A stretch of 64,000 nucleotides of DNA, taken from the IMG/VR virus record IMGVR_UViG_3300017917_002466, positions 124,001 to 188,000 of that record; one strand, given 5' to 3'. Both the position numbers and the translations under genes were made by a program. Of this stretch, positions 19,033-29,701 are shown piece by piece; position 1 is the first letter of the stretch, and each line of letters starts with the position of its first letter. A model generated the notes under the pieces. That model was not told the DNA's origin, searched no databases, and worked only from the letters and a program-made list of their open reading frames with translations.

Positions 19033-22000
19033 ATGGAAAGATGGAGAATTAGACCTGATGATTGTCATTTTGATTCTGTTTGCCCCTTTTATGATTCAAA
19101 GAAAAATAGATGTACTAATATCAAAATGGCCTTTAGAAAGAAGTGTATTGTTTGGGAAGCCCTTCCTGTATCAAACTTTGATATATTGATAGACCTTGGA
19201 GTTAATCGTGATGATGAATGGTCAAGGGAAGAAGTTTTACAATGGAGAGAGTTTGGAAATCTGGATGGATTTTCTGGGAGTTAAGCCTATTATGGAAAGA
19301 TGGATTATCAGTAAAACATATTCGGAATACATTAAAGATGTTATGGACATTGTGGTTCGTATGAATAAGTATAAAGATGTTGCGACTAATTTATTTGGCA
19401 ACTGTCTTAATGGGCCTTTTTTGTTAGATAGGGTTGAGAATGGTTTGTTTAAGTCTAATGCTATGGTTTCTGTTGACAAGGTAAAAGATAATGAAAAGTT
19501 TAACTTTGTAATGTATGTTGAGTCTGGAAATCTGGATGGATAATCTATATGAGAAGATTTTATACTTTAAAGAAACACTGGGACAAGGATTGTTTAAAAG
19601 CCTTTGAGTCTCGTATGACGGATATATTAGAATACATTGATTACTATAAAAGAAGTAATATATGGTTAGATTCTGATATTAAAAGCATTGAGAATTGTAG
19701 AGAAGATGTTACTATAATTTACAATGGATTAAGAACGAAAGGAACTATATAAGAAGGTGGGAAGGTAACAAAGTATGATAGAAGATTGAACGGAAACCTT
19801 TATGAAGCAGAATTTCGGATGGATGTTTTGGTATGGAAGTCTTCATTTGGGCAAATGGGGAGTACTGATACTGATTTTGAATTCTTCTTTAACTACTTGG
19901 AGAATATGAATGATAAGATGGCATATTAAAAAGATCAAAGCCAAGTGGTGGAAGATAACCTTCCCTTGGTTAGATAAGATAACTAAGATAAGAGTTGACA
20001 GAAGGTTAGATGTAATGGTAGCTATTAATTTCTTGAAAGGTTGTCGTCACGAAGGTGGTATTCCTTGCGTTGAAAGAATGTATGTTGAAGGTAAAGGATA
20101 CACAAGCCTCTATGAAAGAAAGAACTATCTTGATTGTTTGGAGAATGGAGTTTGACTTATGCAAAGATGGAAGATTGATAGAGTATTTTTCTCTGAGGAA
20201 GAAGCCGAAGGTATGCTTGGTGAATGGCTTGATGTTCGTCTTCACTTAGACTATTTGGAAAATGATTGGCACGGCCAGAAGCTTCTTGAAACGCTTGAGG
20301 AAGATCAAGTATGATAAAATATAAAGGGTTTAAAAACGACCACGATAAAGCAAGAAAAGAAGTCCTTGAAAAAATGAAGGATATGATTGAACTAAGGGAA
20401 TGGTGTGTTAGACATAATTCTCTTTCTTGTGACTTAGATGATTTTAATAATTTCCTTGAGATAATTGAAAAAGGTGGCAATGATAATGTATAAGTGGAGA
20501 ATTCTTAAATTCAAGACAAGAAAGGATGCTGAGTTTATACTTGAACAAAGGTTAGATGTTTTGAAGTATGTTCCGACAGTAATTAACAAGGAACCATATT
20601 TTGAAATGCTTGAGTATGATGAAGAGCTAATAGAAGAAGAGACATTTAACAAAGACAGGTCTTTACTGTAGATACATAATAAGGTGAAGCTAATATGAAA
20701 AGATGGAAGACAAGAGACAAGAAGCCAGAAACAGTAGAACTCTATATGGACATATTAAAGGCTGAAGAGTTCTTCAAATTCTTGGATAATGAAAGTATAT
20801 TTGACAAAAAGCAAAGATACCCTGATAACTTTCAAAGATACATTATCAAGTCCGAGTTCGGTAACAATGAAGGTAAATATGTATAGATGGAAAGTTCAAA
20901 GGCTAAGTAGGAACAAAGAGATGCTTGAAAGGCGAATGGATGCCTTAGTAGCAAAAGAATATATTCTACATAACAAGTTTGAAGAAAGTATTATTGCTTG
21001 GAGTGGTGGCCCTCATCTCATTAAAAAGTTTGAACATTATTTGACGTTTCTTGAGAGTGGAATAATGGAGAAATAAAGTTAGCTAAATGTATGTAACCCA
21101 TTGGAGGACTTATGATAAGATGGGTTTCAAAAAAGGTCAAAACAGTTCCAGCAACAGACTGGATTACAATGGAGAAAACTGAGCAAGAATTATTGGATGA
21201 ATTGGCGTATCAGATGGATATTCAAATAGTTAAGCAGCTAATGTCAAAAGAAGGTGGGTGTTTTGTCAGGGTGTTTTGATGACTGATATAGAAGAATACC
21301 TTGAATGTTTGGAGAATTCAGTATGAGAAGGTGGAGTTTCAAAAAGAACGGGAACAATGAAGAGTTTGATTCTTTTAGACTTATGACTGATATTTTAGTT
21401 TATTTGAATAATATGAAAGAGATAACAGCCAAATCTGTTAGTAATCCAGAAACCCTGAAATTCTATATCCAACATCAAACGGATAAAATAATTGCTTCAA
21501 TTGAAGAAGGAGATGGCTCAAATGGTTAGATGGCATATTGTCAAAGGAAGAAAAGAAGAACCCGAACTTACCAAGAGATTCACCGATGTTCAGTATGAAA
21601 TTGATTGTTGGAAGTCTCTTAAACTAACCGCGGGATGGGCTGACGAAAAAGGAATTCAAGAAGCAGTTAAAAATACTTTACATAGTCTTGAGTTTGGAAG
21701 GTAGACAAATGGTAAAATGGAGATTCCATAAACTTTGTTTAGATGCTGATGAGTTGCACGAAGAATGTCTTGACATAATAACACGACGAAGAAATTTGTT
21801 TAGAAGATATGAGGATGAAGAAATGGATTGTTTAATACAAGAAGATTGGAAGTCCGAACTAAGGTCAATAGAATATGATTAAGTGGAGCGCAAACGGTTC
21901 AAATGGTCAAAGAAGAAAGAGGATAATAGCCACATTATCTGATTTAAAGATATGTGAAGCTTGCATTAATGAATATGATACTTTTCAAAATTACTTAGAA

Positions 22001-22723
22001 ATTCTTGAAGATGGTCAAGACGATGGGAAGTTTCCTGCTCAAATTCAAAATAAAATTATTGTAGGTATTGAAAAATTAAATTGGACTGATTTTAACTTTT
22101 CTATGTAAAGATTTTATATGATACGTTGGAAAATCTATAAATCGAAAAACAAGAGTTCTATAAGAGCCAGAAACAATATGATGAACTTTTATAATTGGAG
22201 TAACGCTATTAAACAAGTCGGGAAAAAAATTAATGCAGATTATTCTAAACATATTAGCGAAAGATTAACATTAATTGAGTCAGAAGAAGTTTATATAATT
22301 AAAAGGAATATTTAAGCTTGCATAACTTATTGGAAAATATTATATTATGATAAGGAAATGGAGGGTTAATAAAGGAAAGTCAGTTCAGGCTAGCTTTACT
22401 ATTTCTAAGCTAGGCCATCAAGGATTTATTTCACCAAACCCAAAAGACTTTGAAAAGTACTGTGACATAATGAGTGATGAATTAAAGTTCAGAAAACTAT
22501 TTACTGATCCAAATACTATTAAAAGATACGAAGAATTTTTGGAGAATGACTGATGCAAAGGTGGATAGTTCCAAAACAGATTCGTAAGTGGGAAGCTGTC
22601 ATTGAGGAAAGGGATCGTTGTATGGATGTTTTGAAAGATATTGAATATTACTCAGGAATTTGTTTGGTTAGAGTAGACCCTTTAAAAGTTAGAATGGCTG
22701 AACTATCTGTATGGGAAAACTAA
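19033..22723 (+). other. tandem run of about 17 small ORFs, about 15 starting M-x-[RK]-W or a close variant
   Basis: MERWRI, MERWII, MIRWHI, MQRWKI, MYKWRI, MKRWKT, MYRWKV, MIRWVS, MRRWSF, MVRWHI, MVKWRF, MIKWSA, MIRWKI, MIRKWRV, MQRWIV. Confidence 0.8.
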
Positions 22724-22995
22724 TTGTATTTAATTATGTAAAGTTATGATAAAATTTATGTACGAACAAGTTTCTATGTTTACTTTTTGGTTTGAAATTC
22801 GTGGAAATTATGGTGAATTACTTTATCCAAAATCGACAATATCTGCACCTGCAATGTCTATAATAAAAGAAATTTTGACAGACTATTTGTTTGCCAGAGA
22901 AATTAATAATAATACTTCTAAGATATTTAATAATGAAAGTTTAAGCCCTGAAGAACAAATAGATTTATTAACAATAATAATTCACAAACTAGAGG

Positions 22996-23604
22996 ATGCT
23001 GACAATGACAAATAATGATAAAACTTTTATTGGTTGGGCGATAAATGAATGTATTAAAGAAGGTGTTAGTGTTCATTTAGTTCCTAAACAATCTATTAAA
23101 TTTGATAACGAAGATTGTGCTGGTTGTTTTAGTGATGGAGACAGAGAACTTTATGTAGCCACTAAAACTTCATTTAAAAATTTCTTTCCAACGTTTCTTC
23201 ACGAATTTTGTCACTTTAAACAATGGCAAACAAAAGAACCATCATATATGAAAGTCTGCAATAATCCTGAAGTTGATGCTGATATGTGGGAATGGATCGA
23301 GGGAAAAGATATTCCGATGAAAAGAGTTAGAAAGTCAATTCACTCTTATAGATTAATGGAGTTGAACTGTGAGAAGATGGCCTTAAATTATATAAAGAAT
23401 TTTGATTTATCTATTAACAAAGAGCATTATATTGTAGCCGCAAATGTCTATGTGTTGTTCTATGGGGTGATTGAGGAAACAAGAAAGTGGTTCAAGTACT
23501 CTCCTTATGATGATAGACTCTTTGATTTGGTACCAAAGAATTTTGTAAGGAGTTTCAGACTTCCGAAGGGGTTTAAAAAGAGGGCGTTGTCAGTGTGTTA
23601 TTGA
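22996..23604 (+). CDS. putative zincin-like metalloprotein
   Basis: FLHEFCH HExxH motif with downstream E. Confidence 0.6.
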   Translation: MLTMTNNDKTFIGWAINECIKEGVSVHLVPKQSIKFDNEDCAGCFSDGDRELYVATKTSFKNFFPTFLHEFCHFKQWQTKEPSYMKVCNNPEVDADMWEWIEGKDIPMKRVRKSIHSYRLMELNCEKMALNYIKNFDLSINKEHYIVAANVYVLFYGVIEETRKWFKYSPYDDRLFDLVPKNFVRSFRLPKGFKKRALSVCY

Positions 23605-23712
23605 ACTTATCATTTTGATACTTTTTGAAGACGAACATTCTTACCAGTCTTTTCACAGTAAGATTTTATCCACTTCTTTTCAGATTGTCTTTTGACAGTC
23701 TGACCACAATGT

Positions 23713-24174
23713 TTACAGTGATATTTTTGTGCTTTCATATTTCAACAGTTCTTCGTCACCCCAGTTTTCATCTATTGCTACAAATCCAAGCTTCTTGAAA
23801 AGATGATTAGATACTTTGTTTTCTTTAGTTGTGGAAGTATAGATTGGAACATCTGGTGGGGCTTCTTGAAGAATAAGTTTAATTGCATTAGTAGCTATTC
23901 TTTTCTTTCGGAAATTTGGATGGATCATTAGCCTTTGAATCCAAAAACCGGGAGCTTCTTCTCCTTTTTCAATTCCATAAGAAACCATACCACAGTCAAT
24001 CCAATTGCCGGTAGATTCATCTTTAGCCTGAATCCATCTGATACAATCAGAATATACTTTGAAAGACTCGGCAGCCCCAACTACAAAGTTTTCTTCTTCA
24101 TCAACTGAAACGTATTCTATTTTTAGGGCTTCATCCAAATCAGTACCGGAAAGTTGTATAAGTCGGATTTGCAT
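23713..24174 (-). CDS. GNAT family acetyltransferase
   Basis: IQRLMIHPNFRKKRIA and N..S..LFKKLGF motifs. Confidence 0.8.
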   Translation of the reverse strand: MQIRLIQLSGTDLDEALKIEYVSVDEEENFVVGAAESFKVYSDCIRWIQAKDESTGNWIDCGMVSYGIEKGEEAPGFWIQRLMIHPNFRKKRIATNAIKLILQEAPPDVPIYTSTTKENKVSNHLFKKLGFVAIDENWGDEELLKYESTKISL

Positions 24175-24484
24175 ATCTTATCTCTTGTTTTCCCAAGTAT
24201 ACATCTCGTTCTTCCAATGTCATTTCTTCAACAGAGTAACTATCAATACAATAGTTTGCGATTCTGGCAAGGTCTGTACACACTCCGTTCTTCATATGTA
24301 GAATTCTAAATACCTTTTCTTTACAAATTTTCAGGGCTGTTTCAAAGGTTTCGTTATTTCTAAGTACAAATTTCTTGACGAAACTTACCCTGTTCTTCCT
24401 AATATAAAGTTCTATTATACCACCACGAAGGCCGGTATAATTAACTCTCCACCTAACTATTCCTCTTTCAACCGCTTCATTCAT
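24140..24484 (-). CDS. hypothetical protein
   Basis: 114 aa ORF below a minus-strand promoter. Confidence 0.55.
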   Translation of the reverse strand: MNEAVERGIVRWRVNYTGLRGGIIELYIRKNRVSFVKKFVLRNNETFETALKICKEKVFRILHMKNGVCTDLARIANYCIDSYSVEEMTLEERDVYLGKQEIRYANPTYTTFRY

Positions 24485-24558
24485 GCTTCAGCCAATCTAT
24501 TTTGGAGTTTATACATATAATTATATCATTTGATATTTGATTTGTCAAGAAGTAATAT

Positions 24559-24659
24559 CATAAATATTTGTAGAAGTTAGGAGACAGCCTCCGGCCGGTG
24601 GTTTCTTTACCGCAATAAAGATTATCTTAACTTCCTTACTTAACCTTTGCGGAGGAGCC
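24559..24659 (+). ncRNA. late-type promoter plus structured pseudoknot leader RNA, copy 2
   Basis: gaagttagga/tcttaacttc; tcttta-ccgcaa-taaaga; ttgcgg(agg). Confidence 0.8.
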
Positions 24660-25343
24660 ATGATTCTTTCTAAAACTGTTCAAGTTAAAATTAGCCGAAG
24701 AAATATTAAACATTATTTGTCTCTTGGTTATGTTATTCCAAAACATACTGATATTTATAATCGCCTTTGTAATCAAATAGGGATTCTAATTGAAGTATCT
24801 ATTGGACATTTACTCAAAGGAAGTAAAGTAAAAGTTCTTTGTAAATGTGACGAATGTGGAAAAGAAAATTTAACTTATTACAACGAATCTCTTAAATTCA
24901 AATATATTTGTAAAAATTGTGCTGCTAACCAACCTAAAAGATTAGAAAAGTTAAAAAATGCTATGACTGGTAAAAAACATTCCGAAGAAACTAAAAAGAA
25001 AATGAGTGAACATAATTGGGCAAAGAATCATACTGGAAAACTACATCCTTGTTACAATTCTAATCTTACTTTTGAAGACCGATATCTAGGTAGAAATAGA
25101 AATGTACAGCCAGAAAATTATCAATGGAAAAAGAAAGTTAAAGAAAGAGATAATCATATTTGCCAAAAATGTGGCTCAAAAGAAAATCTATGCGTTCATC
25201 ATCTTAACAACTATAAATCATTTGAAAACGAAAGGTATGACATTAAAAATGGAATTACCTTATGTGTTGGATGTCATAAGGAATTCCATAAAAGATATGG
25301 TCGTTTAACTACCAAAGAGCAAATAAAGGATTTTATAGGGTAA
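24660..25343 (+). CDS. HNH homing endonuclease with NUMOD3-like motif
   Basis: KHSEETKKKMSE; RDNHICQKCG...VHH...NGITLCVGCHKEFH. Confidence 0.85.
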   Translation: MILSKTVQVKISRRNIKHYLSLGYVIPKHTDIYNRLCNQIGILIEVSIGHLLKGSKVKVLCKCDECGKENLTYYNESLKFKYICKNCAANQPKRLEKLKNAMTGKKHSEETKKKMSEHNWAKNHTGKLHPCYNSNLTFEDRYLGRNRNVQPENYQWKKKVKERDNHICQKCGSKENLCVHHLNNYKSFENERYDIKNGITLCVGCHKEFHKRYGRLTTKEQIKDFIG

Positions 25344-25620
25344 TGCTAGAACGATCCACAACTTCAAAAGGCTCTCGTTTCATTACTTTATCAGCCAAAA
25401 ATCTAACTGACTCTTTCTTGTGTTTGCAAAGAAGTACAGCCATCTTACGGCCTTCGTCGTTATCTTTGTTGTCAACCATCTTAATGACCATCTTGAGCAA
25501 GTCGGTATCCATTCGGATAATGTCAGTCCATCCACTGAAGGCTTCATCTGTGTCTTCATCCTGAATAGACATCTCAAATGCATTGGCATACTTTCTATAC
25601 TTTTCAATCAATACTGCCAT
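25333..25620 (-). CDS. hypothetical protein, paralog of 236..598
   Basis: FSGWTDI and HKKESVRFL. Confidence 0.65.
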   Translation of the reverse strand: MAVLIEKYRKYANAFEMSIQDEDTDEAFSGWTDIIRMDTDLLKMVIKMVDNKDNDEGRKMAVLLCKHKKESVRFLADKVMKREPFEVVDRSSITL

Positions 25621-25632
25621 TATTCAAACCTC

Positions 25633-26481
25633 CTAACGGGCATTTCGCACAACAGTGTCCTGCGCGGGGCTTCTTAGCGCATGGATGCGCTCTTCTGCTA
25701 TCCGGCAGTATTTCTCTTCCTTCTCAATTCCGATGTAATTCCGGCCAGTATTAATACAAGCGATTGCAGTAGTACCGGAACCAATGAACGGGTCTAAAAT
25801 TGTATCACCACAAAAAGAATAATAAGAAATCGCTTTTGTAGCCAACTCTAATGGGAACGGAGCTGGATGTCTATTACGCTCCGGGTTGATTTTCCATACA
25901 TTTGTTCTTTCGTAACCATCCAGCACTTTGGATTTTTTTATTATCTCTTGTGAATGAGAACGAATTGATTTGTCCAGTAAGCACCCCGGCTTTGAAAACA
26001 CCAGTATATATTCTGTAATATTAAATGTTTTGTACGCAACTGGTCTACGATGGTGCGAAAATTTGATTGCTCGACTTGATGCACCATCTGGCTTTACCCA
26101 TATAATGTCGTCTAAGAATGTCCATTTTTTTGAAAGCATAGAACAAACATCAAACGGTATTGGTATTCGTTTTGATTCTGTGCTTCTTTTTTTCCTCGCT
26201 TCAATAACGCATGACAAGTTCAGCACAAATATTCCCGCCGGTTTTATCTTTGTATGTGCCGTATTAAAAACTGTGTCTAAAAAAGATAGATACGAGGCAT
26301 ACGATTCGTATTTTGAATAACACCTTGCATTATAATACGGCGGTGATGTTAAAATCATATCCACGCTCTCGTCTGGTATAGTCTGCATGACTTCGAGGCA
26401 GTCCCCGCATGTTACGGTATTTGTCTTCGGCGCAGGACGCGCCGTGTCTTGCCCCGCGCCTATAATTTCAGAATTTGCCAT
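25633..26481 (-). CDS. DNA methyltransferase (N4-C/N6-A, beta-type motif order), last unit of array 2
   Basis: GDCLE, ILTSPPY, HPAPFP, ILDPFIGSGTT, GIE; ATG 5 nt after GTTAGGT. Confidence 0.9.
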   Translation of the reverse strand: MANSEIIGAGQDTARPAPKTNTVTCGDCLEVMQTIPDESVDMILTSPPYYNARCYSKYESYASYLSFLDTVFNTAHTKIKPAGIFVLNLSCVIEARKKRSTESKRIPIPFDVCSMLSKKWTFLDDIIWVKPDGASSRAIKFSHHRRPVAYKTFNITEYILVFSKPGCLLDKSIRSHSQEIIKKSKVLDGYERTNVWKINPERNRHPAPFPLELATKAISYYSFCGDTILDPFIGSGTTAIACINTGRNYIGIEKEEKYCRIAEERIHALRSPAQDTVVRNAR

Positions 26482-26516
26482 ATTGCACCTAACGGTTCGG
26501 CAAACGTAAGCCGTGC

Positions 26517-26738
26517 CTACGAATGCGTGCGACAAGGATATTTTACGTGAACGCACTGACGGTCGTAATTCTCCACACAGCACGTTGTTTGGCATGGCTT
26601 GCTTTGCCTGTTGTTTGTCTGTTGAGCGAGTACAGCGGATTTCAGAGTTTGCCAATGCAACCGCCCCTTAGTTTGCAAGTGCTCCGATAACTCATCAAAC
26701 CATTGAACCGCATCAGATATTTCGTTACTCATTGGCAA
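26517..26738 (-). CDS. cassette ORF with attC-encoded Cys-rich tail
   Basis: One ORF per cassette; AGGAG RBS. Confidence 0.55.
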   Translation of the reverse strand: MPMSNEISDAVQWFDELSEHLQTKGRLHWQTLKSAVLAQQTNNRQSKPCQTTCCVENYDRQCVHVKYPCRTHS

Positions 26739-26780
26739 ACTCCTATCAGTAAATTTAAGAGCGAAATTGCAAACAACGTA

Positions 26781-27095
26781 TCACGCACCCGCCCGTTGTT
26801 TGTCCGTTATCCACTTACAGCACCGAGGGCACCAAGCATCTATACCGCTATATGGATACACTGGTGCCTTACCACATGTAGGACAAATTACGGGCTGCGT
26901 GTGTTGTGGGACCGTGGGCAATTCTACCGCAATCTCTGCGCGGCGATCTTTTACCCATTGCTCCATTTCGATTTGATCATTACTCAATACCACCAACGCA
27001 TCATTAGGGATTTTCCCACCATGACGAAAAGGTGCCGTGACCTTGTTGACTCGGCAAAGGAACATCTCAAGCCTGTGTATGTCTTCGACGCGCAT
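26781..27095 (-). CDS. cassette ORF with attC-encoded zinc ribbon
   Basis: CPTCGK...CPRC lies inside attC 26771-26909. Confidence 0.6.
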   Translation of the reverse strand: MRVEDIHRLEMFLCRVNKVTAPFRHGGKIPNDALVVLSNDQIEMEQWVKDRRAEIAVELPTVPQHTQPVICPTCGKAPVYPYSGIDAWCPRCCKWITDKQRAGA

Positions 27096-27721
27096 AATAA
27101 TTCCTTTTGAATTGCCCATGTACCACAACGTTTAGCGCACGGGTGATAGTTTGCCCGTGGCTCGACAAAGCCCACACTTTACCATACCAGTACCAGGATC
27201 GTCGGATAAATACTCGCCACTACCCATACACGTAGGGCAAATTTTACCCTGCGCTTGTTGGTTGATGCGGAGGGAAGCCACCTCAGCCTCCAGCGTGGCG
27301 ATAGCCCGTTCAAGAGACAAAAACCGATTCATAACAAATGATGGATCAGAGAAATCAATTTCGTTTACCACGCCACACCTCCATGTATAAAAAGCTGACC
27401 GAAGTTTCAACCAACGTCTGCCCTATGCTGACGTTTCTGTTTCAGAAATGTGGGAGTCATCGACCGAACAGCATTGGGCTGTTGTTTGCTGTGCGCTCGC
27501 TTCCACAAAACCTGCGGTTTGCGGAGTATCGAGAGGGCACCAATTTGGTATTTCAAAAGTAACATTGATAACAGACCTACCGCCATATAGAGGATGGTTG
27601 CAAATAAATCCACTCTGACTGTAGCACAAGGGACATTCGTTACAGCAACTAATTTTGATTACACGCATGAGCAAACCGCCTATCTATTCTCAAAAGAGCG
27701 CATTGCAACCAACGGTATCGG

Positions 27722-27958
27722 CTACGCCTGAAGTTTGCCCGTACCGTGACAACGCCAACAGTCCTTACCATTGTTATAATTATTGGTAGAACCAGACCCA
27801 GCAGGGAAACAGTCAGGGCAAATTTTAGGCTGGCCGTGTTGGTGGATGTGACGCTTGCTTCCACCAATTTTGCGGCGGGTCTTAAACTGATCCTCGCCAT
27901 AGTGGCCGGTTATGTAATTATCAAGTTCCTGACTCATGCGCTTATCGTTGCCGAACAT
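27722..27958 (-). CDS. cassette ORF with DnaJ-like Cys-rich tail
   Basis: ICPDC..GSG...CWRCHGTGK; GGAGG RBS. Confidence 0.6.
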   Translation of the reverse strand: MFGNDKRMSQELDNYITGHYGEDQFKTRRKIGGSKRHIHQHGQPKICPDCFPAGSGSTNNYNNGKDCWRCHGTGKLQA

Positions 27959-28590
27959 ATTTCCTCCCGCCGCTTACCAGTTAAAAGCAAGCGGCATTTA
28001 CACCAAGTTTGGCGCATTCGCACGAAGTTACGCCGTCTTATCGCACCAACAAGTAGAACACTGCTTGTGAGCAACATCAAACGGGCATATATCCAAGCCC
28101 CATTTACAAGAAGGCGTAATTTTGTGCTGCGCCTGTTGGTGGATGTGCCGCGTTTCTTCCGCAATGTCAGGCTGGCAATCTTCCAGCATGATAGGGCAAG
28201 AACCGGCGTGATCCACTATTTCATCTTGAGTGCCAAAGAAGCCGCAATATTTACATTTGCCAGCCATATAATAAACCTTTCTTGAAACGCGGCATTTACA
28301 CCAACGTTTGCTCAACCGCACGATAGTTGTCGCAATCGATCTACCACTGCTGTAACATAAGACACATAAACCTTGTGCTCAACAAACTCTTTGTAAAGAC
28401 TATCGGCTATTGCGGCAATTTCGTGCTTGAGCTGTTGTACGTCTGTGGAAGGAGCGGCTTCCTCAGCTTTAAGTGCTCGCATCACGGCAGGGCAACGGTC
28501 TACGTTTATACCCATACCGCTACACGGCAAAATGAATGACTTGTTATCCACGCGAGCACCTCCTAAATCGTAAAGAGCGACTGGAATTGC

Positions 28591-28722
28591 GTACAACGGT
28601 TCAGCAACGTGCGCCGTGCCTACAGGGCTTCACGGCAATATGGACACCACACAAACCCAGTATGGGCCTTGCCAAGACGAAGCCACTCGTGAAATTGGCA
28701 TGGCGTACTTGCCGTGTTGTGC
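28591..28722 (-). repeat. attC-like site, near-identical to 29438-29570
   Basis: About 105 bp internal identity with 2 visible substitutions; encodes NTASTPCQ[FY]HEWLRLGK.HTGFVWCPYCREAL. Confidence 0.85.
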
Positions 28723-28844
28723 GATGAATTTGTTGACTCCCTAATGTAAGCGCGAATTGCTTCTAACGCGGTAAAATCTTTTGAATATTTACACATTCTC
28801 TCTACTTGCAAAACGGCTTCGTGTATATCCATTCGCGCCTCCAA
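28620..28844 (-). CDS. cassette ORF (body family shared with 31415..31663)
   Basis: ALE.IRA...ESTNSSHN shared; tail shared with 29468 cassette. Confidence 0.65.
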   Translation of the reverse strand: MEARMDIHEAVLQVERMCKYSKDFTALEAIRAYIRESTNSSHNTASTPCQFHEWLRLGKAHTGFVWCPYCREAL

Positions 28845-28895
28845 TATGGTTCAACAAACTTTTGCACAACGGTTCGGCAAACGGGCGAAGTTGGT

Positions 28896-29063
28896 TTACC
28901 TCGACACGGAGGGCTGTTCTACGCCAATTTCGCCCTTTGCCTGTTGTGCGATGTTGTTTTTAATTACCTTAATTTCAGCGGCGATTTCTCGTAACCGAAG
29001 ATTATTAGCTACAACAAAGCACCACAACGATAAATAAGCCAGAAAGACAAAAAACCATTTCAT
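28896..29063 (-). CDS. cassette-borne 55 aa membrane protein
   Basis: MKWFFVFLAYLSLWCFVV... Confidence 0.55.
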   Translation of the reverse strand: MKWFFVFLAYLSLWCFVVANNLRLREIAAEIKVIKNNIAQQAKGEIGVEQPSVSR

Positions 29064-29109
29064 AATCGCCGCCTATAAATCAAAGATTAAAAACCATTTC
29101 GCCTAACGT

Positions 29110-29406
29110 CTACCGCATCGCACGAAGTTGCCGCGCCCAAACCCACAACCTACGATAAACCCCTGACGGTAGATTATTGTTATTGTCTACAAAGGCTTCC
29201 ATTTCTGCGGCAATTTTGTGCTGCGGTTGTTGCACGGGGCGCTTCGCCCGAACCGTTCGGCCCGTTTCCAAATTATCCAGCGCGGTGCGGACTGCTATTG
29301 CCCCGCTGTGGCCGAGAGAATAATTGACAACGGCAACCGCTTTGCCGTTACGACATACCTCAAACGCATAGCCAGTATCTTCTATCTCATATTTGGCACC
29401 GCGCAT
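29110..29406 (-). CDS. cassette ORF
   Basis: AGGA RBS; tail ..WARQLRA shared with 30599 cassette. Confidence 0.6.
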   Translation of the reverse strand: MRGAKYEIEDTGYAFEVCRNGKAVAVVNYSLGHSGAIAVRTALDNLETGRTVRAKRPVQQPQHKIAAEMEAFVDNNNNLPSGVYRRLWVWARQLRAMR

Positions 29407-29437
29407 ATTAACATCCTATCTTTAAGGGCCGAATGGC

Positions 29438-29570
29438 GTGCAACGTTCTCGGCAATGTACGCCGTGCCTACAGGGCTTCACGGCAATATGGACACCACAC
29501 AAACCCAGTATGGTCCTTGCCAAGACGAAGCCACTCGTGATATTGGCATGGCGTACTTGCCGTGTTAGGC
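29438..29570 (-). repeat. attC-like site, near-identical to 28591-28722
   Basis: GCCTAAC...GTTGCAC. Confidence 0.85.
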
Positions 29571-29701
29571 GATGTAGAAAGCGACTCCTTAACGTCCTCA
29601 AATTTGACAAATTCACCGTCGTCGCACTCCTCCATCCGAGCATGCGTGCCATACATATCGCTCGTGACCTTATAATCGTACCGTGTCAAATTTACATCCA
29701 T
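29468..29701 (-). CDS. cassette ORF (NLTRY...G..VKF.D.KE body family)
   Basis: Body related to 32217..32474 and 31696..31962. Confidence 0.6.
   Translation of the reverse strand: MDVNLTRYDYKVTSDMYGTHARMEECDDGEFVKFEDVKESLSTSPNTASTPCQYHEWLRLGKDHTGFVWCPYCREAL

Noticed and set aside
24559-24659. Hammerhead ribozyme or IscB/TnpB omega-RNA identity for the leader RNA
   Set aside because: No CUGANGA/GAAA core; downstream proteins lack RuvC motifs; other ribozyme classes cannot be excluded by eye
26482-26655. N-terminal extension of the methyltransferase (340 aa ORF with duplicated MANSEI)
   Set aside because: The extension crosses an attC and overlaps the upstream cassette ORF; the ATG at 26481 directly after the junction is the more plausible start
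28591-29570. Diversity-generating retroelement TR/VR pair
   Set aside because: Only two visible differences, the repeat coincides with attC boundaries, and no reverse transcriptase is in the window
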